In this document: one piece after another, positions 55,727 to 64,000 of the stretch | Numbering within the stretch: the first letter of the stretch is position 1 | Layout of the letters: each line of letters begins with the position of its first letter | Assembly (NCBI GenBank): GCA_964016885.1 | Contig: OZ024740.1 | Location: forward strand, 315,456,001-315,520,000 | Direction: 5' to 3' | Source: Eledone cirrhosa | Taxonomy: Eukaryota | DNA length: 64,000 nt | The notes under the pieces: generated by a model | The model's input: only the letters and a program-made list of their open reading frames with translations | Databases searched by the model: none | Told to the model about the DNA's origin: nothing | Translations under genes and position numbers: made by a program

Positions 55727-55959
55727 TTATCATTTTAATTGTGTCGGTGGGAATGTGGAGTAGTTCCGAGGATAATCCATGTAGCTTTAATTGTTTTGGC
55801 ATTAAATGTCTCTCTGCTATGTGTAACTTCTCCTCTTCTGTGTAACCCTGAATAGCAATAATTTCCATACGGTCAATCAATGCAGGTGGGATAGGAGCTA
55901 AGCTGTTGGCTGTACAGATAAATAACACTTGTGACAGATCAAATGGTACATTTAAGTAG
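55727..55959 (-). CDS. LONP2: LONP2 exon (sensor-1 and Arg-finger region)
   Basis: [34 protein letters not shown]...GYTEEEK. Acceptor ccag, donor gtatgg. Confidence 0.95.
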
Positions 55960-56516
55960 CTGGAGTTGGGGGTGGGTCAAGGATAATAAATAAACATAAT
56001 CAGACTCATAGACTAAAAAAAGTTGTTCTTGTAAACAATTTTATAAAACAGAGTGAGAAAGACATGTTGTGGCTGGGGCCACAACATGTCTTTTACATAT
56101 ATTCCTATACTCTATCAATTGCTCCAACAGGTTGGAGGCCTGACATACGATCCCACGCTCTACCAAGTACATTTTATCATGGCACCAACACTAGAGAAGT
56201 TGTTATGACTATAACACAGCTGAAGTGTCCTCCCGACTCTTTGGCAGGTTTTCTATGGCTGGATCAGTCTCAACAGTAGCTAAGTAGCCAACTAAACATT
56301 CAGTAAAGAACTACACTAAATTTTGTGGATGAAATGCTGGCTCTAGCTATGAGTTTCTCCCAAATTACCACCATTGTATCATATGGGTTTCTACCAAATT
56401 ACCATTTCATCACAATAAACCACCCAAGGAGATATGAACCACAAACACTGATATACAAACTGGATGACAGAAGTATACATCCCACATGACCTGTCTACCA
56501 CATTTGTTCCCACATG

Positions 56517-56805
56517 GAGGCACATGGCTTAGTGGTTAGAGCATTGGCCTTGCAATCGAACGGTTGTGAGTTCAATTCTCAGACCGGGTAATGTGTTGTT
56601 TCCTGGGATCCATATCATTCCACTGCAAAGTGGTCGTGGAGGTGCCACGGCAAAATAAAAGCACCCAGCACTCACTGTAAATGAGGTTGGCGTTAGGAAG
56701 GGCATCCGGCTGTAGAAATCAAGCCAGAATCAGTTCCCATCCCACCCTTGCAAGCAGGGAAAAAGCGAACATAAAATGGAATGATGATGATGATGATGAT
56801 GATCG
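56517..56805 (+). mobile_element. tRNA-derived SINE family 3 (Meta-domain-like) with (GAT)n tail
   Basis: tRNA-like head, ggttggcgttaggaagggcatccggctgtagaaa core, (GAT)n tail. Related pieces at about 57225-57495 and 61985-62420 (minus). Confidence 0.65.
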
Positions 56806-58282
56806 CCAAACAATGATCAAACTGAAACATGGAATATCTATGGTACAAGAGCCATCATGAACCTCTGTCAGTTTTGATAATGAGTATTGCAGTTGTTCAA
56901 TCAACAGAACGCTCACTTGTGAAATTAATGCACAAGTGGCTGAGCATCCACAAATATATGTATACCCTTAATGTAACTCTCAGGGGGATTCAACATGATA
57001 CTGTGTGTGACAAGGCTGGCATTTTGAATTACAGAGCACTAAAAGTTGATAGAAGCCTTGAAGTGAGGGAGACCCAAGAAGACCTGGGATGAGGTCATAA
57101 AAGCTGACCTTGCCCAATTGCACCCCTCAAAGGCGATGACACAGGACCGAGACTTCTGGAGTTACACACTAATACAGAAGACCTGAGTTCCCACGGGTAC
57201 AAGCTGAAGCATATAGACAATATGCCCCCACACCCTCCCACTGTAAAGTGGTCGTGGAGGTGTCATGACAAAAAAGCACCCAGCCCACACTGTAAAGTGG
57301 TCGTGTAGGCACCACAGTAAAAAAAAAGCACCCAGTACTCACTGTAAATGAGGTTGGTGTTAGGAAGGGCATCCAGCTGTAGAAATCAAGCCAAAATCAG
57401 TTCTGTATGAGCAAGACATGGTCACCTGACCTGGCATTGCCCACAACAGGACAACCCGTCTAACCCATGGTAGCATGGAAGAACGGATGTAAAACAGGCT
57501 TCCAAACAGTTTCTGTCTCCTCAATTTCACTCATAAGGCAGGAGTCAACTCAAGGCTATGGTAAATAACACTTGTCCAGTAGTGCATTGAGTCCTTGAGC
57601 AAGACACTTCATTTCATATTGCTCCTGTCCATTCATCAAGCAAAAGTGATTTGTACTTTAATTCAAAGGACCAACCTAGACATACATTGTTATGCTGAAT
57701 CTCCCTGTGAATTACATTAAGGATATGTGTTAGTGGGATGCTCAGCAACTTGTACATTAATTTCAAGAGCAGAGTGTCATGTTGATAAAACAACTAGAAG
57801 ATTCATTGTTGGAACAAGAGAAATCCAACAAGACCCAAGGGTTTATCCAAAATACTTGATTAGATACCTTTGTATGGTCACGAATCTTGGATAATGACCG
57901 AAAGAATATGATCACAAAGCGGCCAAAATGGGATTCCTCCAAAGGGTCTTTGGGGTAACATTTCTCGATAAAGTGCGTAGCTCAGAGATCAGAAAGTCAG
58001 TCCAGGTAGAGCCACTACTTCTCCAAATTTAAAGATCACAGCTCTGATACTATGGTATGTGGTCAGAATGTATCAGGAAAGAATCACTGGACAGATTTTA
58101 CAGGCGAAACCAACCAGTAGGAGACCCAGGGGTAGACTACGAACATGATGGTTAGATAACATCCATCAACTTGGCTGGTCTCGCTTGAGGAACCAGCCGG
58201 ATCAGTTAGAGATAGTTGCTTCTGACAGGACCCGCTGGAGGGAGTTTTTCAGGACTTTACCCCCACAACCTTAATAATAATG

Positions 58283-60480
58283 AAAATATTGTGTACAGTG
58301 CTCAGGTGCACTACAACTCATCAAGAGCGTATGTATAGTACATAGGGTAATGTACAAATGTCAGGAAAATGAACAGTGCATGAGTCATGGTGTGCATGTG
58401 TATGGAAGGGGGACATCAGGTGTAGTTTTGGCGAATTTCAGGAAGCATGAGGGTTTTAAAGGATGCAGTGTCTCGGCAGCTAACAACTGACGCAGGCAGT
58501 TTGTTCCATGCTTCAGCAACTCTGAGCGTGAAAAAATGTCTACGAAAGTCATGGGGGCTGTGCTGTTTTCTGATTTTGTAGGCATGTCCACGTATGTTAG
58601 ACACACGGAGATCAAAAAGGTGCTCAGGGTTGTTGTTGGCGAGATGGTTAACAATTTTGTGGGTGTTCACCAAGTCCATTGCCAGACGTTGGAGCTTCAA
58701 TGAATCCATGCCCAGGGAAGCAAGGCGTTCAGAGTATGGTAGGTGTCTGATGGAGAGTATACGCTTGGTTGCACGTCTCTGAACAGTTTCCAGGCGATCA
58801 ATGTTCTGAGCAAGATAGGGGTTCCAGACTGATGATACGAATTCCAAGTGTGGTCGTACCATAGCTGTATACAGCTTTAAATAGATGGCTGGAGAGCAGC
58901 TAACAAAGGTCTTGCTGAGTGATGCCAAGACACCCTCGGCCTTCTTGACAATCTTAGAGACATGCTTTGTCCAACGCAAATCGCTGCTGACAGTAATGCC
59001 CAGGTTACATTCACAAGAGGACTTCTTGATATCAATGTTGTGGAGGGAGTATGTGGACGCTGGATTTTTCCTCCCAAAATGCATGGTGGTACACTTGTCC
59101 ACAGCCAGCTTCAGTTGCCAGTCTGTGATCCATTGCTGCATTGTGTCCAGGTCTGATTGTAGGAAAGAGTTGTAGATTTCAGGATCTGTCCTTTTGATTT
59201 CATGGTACAGTTTGATGTCATCTGCATATTTCAGGACCGTGGCATTCTTTAAGTTGGCATCTATGTCATTAATGTATGCAACAAATAAAAGGGGACTGAG
59301 AACAGATCACTGTGGTACACCAGATGACATCTCATATGGTGAAGAATGCTGTCCTAGAACCGTAACCTCTTTTCGGCTGAGAATGAAGGATTTCAACCAG
59401 TTAAAAAGATCATCCCTCACACCCATTGCAGAGAGTTTCCCCATAAGTCTTTTGTTTGGCACAGAATTAAAAGCCTTAGCGAAGTCAAGGTAAACAACAT
59501 CCACCCATGAGCCGCTGTCAGTGATCCGGGTAATGTCTTCAAGGAACTCGATAAGCTGATCACAGCAGCTGGAGTTAGGGATAAATCCAAACTGTGAGGG
59601 CCAGATGAGGCTGTGAGAGCTCCAGAAGTTTCAAAGTGTTTCTCTGACACAGGATTCCATCAGTTTGGCAATACAGCTAGTAAGACTGACTGGACGATAG
59701 TTGACAGGTGACGTGCGGTTGCCCTTTTTGAACAGGGAAATGACACTGGCAGTTTTCCACTGCTCCAGAGTAGAACCATTGATGAGACAGTATTGAAAGA
59801 AGAAAGAAAGCTGGTGCAAAAGGAAGTACCCGCCACGTTTGAGAAGCAGGTATGTAACACCATCAAGACCAGGGGAGGCATAGTTGCACTAATTCTTAAG
59901 GTGACGTTGCAGCATTGCAGGTGTAAATTCCATAGTTGTTATGGAATTTGATGTTAGAGATGGTACATTCTGGTTTTCAACAGTAAAAATGCTTGCATAG
60001 CACTCAGCAATGAGTTCTGCGCATTCTTTGGGATCGTCAGTGATCTGGCTTGTGTGGGGATTGTGAAGAAGACCAACTGGAGAGTGAGGTCTCTGCTTTG
60101 AATGTACATATTTCCAGAACACCTTACTGTCAAGATTGGTTGCTATGCACTGTTCAAATTCAAGCACTGCTTTTTTTGTCAGTTGCTTGAGATGGTTGGA
60201 AGATTTATTCCGCTTTTTTCTGTTGGCATCTGATTTATGCAGTTTATATTCCCGTTCAGCATTCCGATGTTCTTTCCTGGCAAGTCGGACCGCTGAAGTT
60301 TCCCAAATCTCAGGAATAAGAGGGCAAAGAAGAAGATACCTTTGTGTCGTAGATCTTCTAATAAACATATATAGGTACCTCTATATCAGAAATCTATTCC
60401 AGTAGAGTCAACTATGATGCCAAATAATATCTGCCAATATCAGTAGCATTACAATCCATCACATACTCCTCTTACCTGAC
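58283..60480 (-). mobile_element. CR1-like LINE, degenerate, inside the LONP2 U12 intron
   Basis: NYRPVSLTS, DVVYLDFAKAFNSVP, SGVPQ, YADDIKLY, LYTAMVRPHLE, QRRATK. 3' UTR matches other copies in the window. Confidence 0.9.
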
Positions 60481-60857
60481 TGAAATACATGTATATAAAA
60501 TAAAATAAGAACCCCATGTTTGAGTGTGAACCTTAGAAGGCCATGTCACATGAGCTAACCATGACTGGACTGTTAATGAAATAATTGTTTCTACTTTTTG
60601 GCACAAGGCCAGCAATTATCCCAGTACATTACTGGTACTTTATTTTATCGACCCCGTAAGGATGAAAGGCAAAGTTAACCTCGGCGGGAATTGAACTCAG
60701 ATCGTAAAGTGACATAACTATGCTGGAAAGCATAATCCAAATGAAATAATAAAGATCAACTTAGGCTGCCACAGTGGACATCTTATACTCCCAAGTCAAC
60801 AGCTTATATTCCTCTAAAATACAGTTGGCCAAGTAAGGAATAAGTACAAAAGGATAC

Positions 60858-60937
60858 TGATCAGTAAAAGTGTGGTTTTGTTCAGGGTCCAAAACCTCAA
60901 GCAATGCAGCAGCTGGGTCTCCATGGATGCTTTTATT
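60858..60937 (-). CDS. LONP2: LONP2 80-nt exon, missing from the ORF track
   Basis: Translated by hand: [26 protein letters not shown](H), the Lon [14 protein letters not shown] motif. Acceptor tttcag, donor GTATCCTTTT. Phases fit both neighbouring exons. Confidence 0.95.
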
Positions 60938-61554
60938 CTGAAATACAATAAAAAATTTAAAAATTAAAAAAAAAACAATGAGAAAATAAATGGGAATAAC
61001 AAAAAAAAATGCAGAAAACTAAAGAGATTAATAATTTCAAATCTTTAATAAACTAACAACAATTAAAATAATAATTGTTTCTACTTTTGGCACAAGGCCA
61101 TCAATTACCCAGTGCATTACTGGTACTTTATTTTATCGACACCGTAAGGATGAAAGCAAAGTTAACCTCGGCGGGATTTGAACTTAGAATGGCAAGAGCC
61201 GTAACTCTATGAGTCAAAGCATGGTGTCTGACCCTCTACCGATACTGCCAAATGAAAATTATTGTGTACAGAGCTCAGGTGCACTACAATTCATCAAAAG
61301 TGCATATATAGTGCATAGAATAATGTACAGGAACATGAACACTGAATGAGTAACCATGATTGAGTTGATGAGGAAGTAACTCAACTTACAGTTCAATCAT
61401 CATTGGCACCATTTAATGTTTATTTTCCATGCTTGCATTGGTTTTGGCAGACTGTCATGTATTGAGTCTTGACTGATCATTTGACTTTGTATTGCTTGTA
61501 TACTCCACTTTGGGCTTTGCCTTTCCTTATACCAACTACTTTATAGCATGTACT

Positions 61555-61775
61555 TCAGTATTACCACATTTTAGGGTAGACTGGATGCTTTATGTTATGG
61601 CACCAGCACTAGCACTATCACCTTACAGGGTGGACGGGGTGCTTTTTGTCATGGTACCAGCACTACCACCTTACAGTGTGGACTGGGTGCTTTTTGACAT
61701 GGTACCAGCATTACCACCTTACAGGCTGGACTGTGTGCTTTTTGTCATACATCAGTACTACCACCTTACAGTGTA
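61555..61775. repeat. 48-bp tandem repeat (relatives at about 43960-44125, 57225-57350, 62115-62420)
   Basis: ggtacc at 61653 and 61701 gives the 48-bp period. Confidence 0.8.
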
Positions 61776-62952
61776 CAGCCGTTCAACCACCCCTTTATTT
61801 TAACTTCTTCATTCCATGTACTACTATCCACTTCCAGAGTGGAGATTTATTACAGTTGGTCCTTACTTTTGTATTCTCTATGTCCAGACACCTCACGTTA
61901 CTACATTTCACCTTGCCTCTTCCCTTCCAGAACATCCAGAATAACCCCTTACTACTCCACCAACCCCTTACAATCTATATATTCACCATCATCATTGCCA
62001 TTTTAAGTCCATCTTCTATGCTGGCTTAGGCTGGACGTTTTGTCATGTTCTTAGATTAGACAGCTCATGTTTCATTTTGGCATGGGTTTGTATGGCTGGA
62101 TGCCCTTCCTATTGCCAACCACTTTACAGTATGAACTAGGTACATATCATGACACCAGTACTACCACTTTACAGAGTCAGCTAAGTGCATTTTATCATGG
62201 CACCAACACTACCACTTTACAGAGTGGACAGGGTGCATTTTATTTATCATGGCACTAACACTACCACTTTACAGAGTGAACAGGATGCATTTATTTATTA
62301 TGGCACCAACACTACCACTTTACAGAGTGGACAGGGTGCATTTTATTTATCATGATACCAACACTACCACTTTACAGGGAGGGTTTAGTATATATTATCA
62401 TGATATTAGCACTACCAAGTAAGCAAAATAATGATTTTTCAGACTGACACAAGGCTATGTATTTATAGAGAGAAACTATTTAGTCCAGTCAACCTCAGTA
62501 TATATTGAATGAAGAAGGAAGCCTCTAATGCAGTCATTTGACATACTAAAAATAGTAACCACATTCCCCAACACCACACCCTAGCATCTTAAAATTGGAA
62601 AGGACACATTTTAAGTCATCATTGTTTAACGTCTGCTTTCCCTGTTAGCATGAGTTGAATGGGTTGTCAACAGACCGGGTCAGTATGCTGGGAGTCTGTA
62701 ACATGCTTACATATGATCCCATGCACTACAAAGTACATTTTATTGTGACACCAGTACTAGGAAGGTTGCCATGAGTTTTACACAACTAAAGAGTCCTCCC
62801 AACTCTTTGTTTGGCAGGCTTTCTACAGTTGGATACCCTTCCTATCACCAACTACCTTACAAAGTGTACTGGGTGTGTTTATCATGTAAATCATCAACAC
62901 TAGGGAGTTAAACTCACAAAACTTTTCACTATAAAAGAAATGAAAAATTTAC

Positions 62953-63100
62953 CATTTTATCAATCTCATCAAATAAAAACACTGGATTATTAGTTCCAAC
63001 CAATTTGAGGCCATGTATAATACGTCCTGGCATACTGCCAATGTATGTCCGTCGATGCCCTCGGATGTCACTTTGATCGCTGATACCCCCTAAAGCGATT
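62953..63100 (-). CDS. LONP2: Peroxisomal Lon protease 2, AAA+ exon (first exon visible in the window)
   Basis: Encodes [28 protein letters not shown]...[12 protein letters not shown] (Lon pore-loop region and Walker B). Bounded by tttcag acceptor and gtaaat donor. Confidence 0.95.
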
Positions 63101-63204
63101 CTGAAATTAACCAAATTAAATTCCAATTAATCTTCTCAGAGGAATGTACTCTAAATATTCAGCAACAACTGCTAACAAATTCTAATTCAGAATTTGTTAA
63201 TATA

Positions 63205-63701
63205 CGAGAATAAGTAAAAAATTATCCACACTTTCACCATAACATATCTTTAGGTTTGTCACACTGCCTTCTGCTCATTCGTGCTTATAGTTGGCACTAT
63301 TGTGGTTAGATGATCAAAGTTTGAGCTTGATCATGCCAGTTTTCTTAAGTCCTGCTCCTTTTCGTGCGTCATGCTTGTCCGGTCATTTATAAACTTCTAG
63401 ATCCACTCATACACACTTCTACATGGTAGTGCGCTGTCGCCATATTGTGTTAAATGACTCTGATGAATCATTTCAGCCAGAGAAATCGATTCACTACTCT
63501 TTGTTCCTCCTTGGTGCACACTGCTAACAGAGCTGTCATGTTTACACTCCAATGGCAGCCAGAAAACTGGCACAATCAAGCTCAAACTTTGATCACATGA
63601 CCACAATAGTACCACCTATAGGCACACATGAACAGGAAGCAGTTTGACAAAGTTAAAGATATGTTATGGTGAAAGTGCAGATAAATTTTTATTTACCCTC
63701 A
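63205..63701 (-). mobile_element. Mariner internal-deletion derivative with about 140-bp imperfect inverted ends
   Basis: TA flanks, long TIRs, internal EMIHQ...QYGDSALPCRSVYEWI resembling the mariner transposase HTH. Confidence 0.8.
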
Positions 63702-64000
63702 TATAATGTAATTATATTATGTGTGTTAGCTAAATGCCCTATGCTTCAGATGAATTATTAATCTATCTAAATATCATCATTATCCTTTTATGTTCACATT
63801 TCCATGTTTACATGGGTTGGGCAGATCTTCTCCATCACATCACAGCCACCAGCCTCCCTCCACTTACTGTGTTCCTTTGTAATCTCCTTTGTGAGGTTCA
63901 GCGTTTTGAGATCTATTCTCACTACTACTGTACAAATCTTTCTTGGCTTTCCTCTACTGCAGCTTCCTTCCACTGAGAACTCCTGACACTTCTTTACCCA

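Larger units (their letters stand above)
55960..60857 (-). other. U12-type (minor spliceosome) GT-AG intron of LONP2
   Basis: 5' site GTATCCTTTT (60857-60848). Branch sequence TCCTTGAC (55983-55976) about 17 nt before the CAG acceptor. Confidence 0.88.

Noticed and set aside
61555-62420. Regularly spaced repeats that could suggest a CRISPR array
   Set aside because: The units are contiguous degenerate tandem repeats without unique spacers, in a eukaryotic intron with no cas genes.

Overview
Eukaryotic, AT-rich, repeat-dense animal DNA. It is probably from an octopus or other cephalopod; this is inferred only from the SINE families and microsatellite load. The one host gene is the 3' half of peroxisomal Lon protease LONP2 (minus strand, 8 exons read from 63100 to 50483, C-terminal SKL). 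One of its introns has full U12-type (minor spliceosome) signals. The rest is mobile DNA: two Tx1-clade LINEs (one full-length but disrupted, in an (AAT)n tract; one 5'-truncated with an unbroken ORF2, in a (GATA)n tract), CR1-like, I/Ingi-like, RTE and CRE remnants, many tRNA-derived SINEs, mariner, pogo and hAT MITEs, and a Helitron derivative. The most striking unexplained layer is about seven unrelated short non-coding families sitting in or beside (TA)n tracts. They carry minimal type I hammerhead-ribozyme cores, mostly inside fold-back palindromes that all share one polarity, as expected for Penelope-like or retrozyme-like elements. All alignments and folds were done by eye, so coordinates may be off by a few bases.
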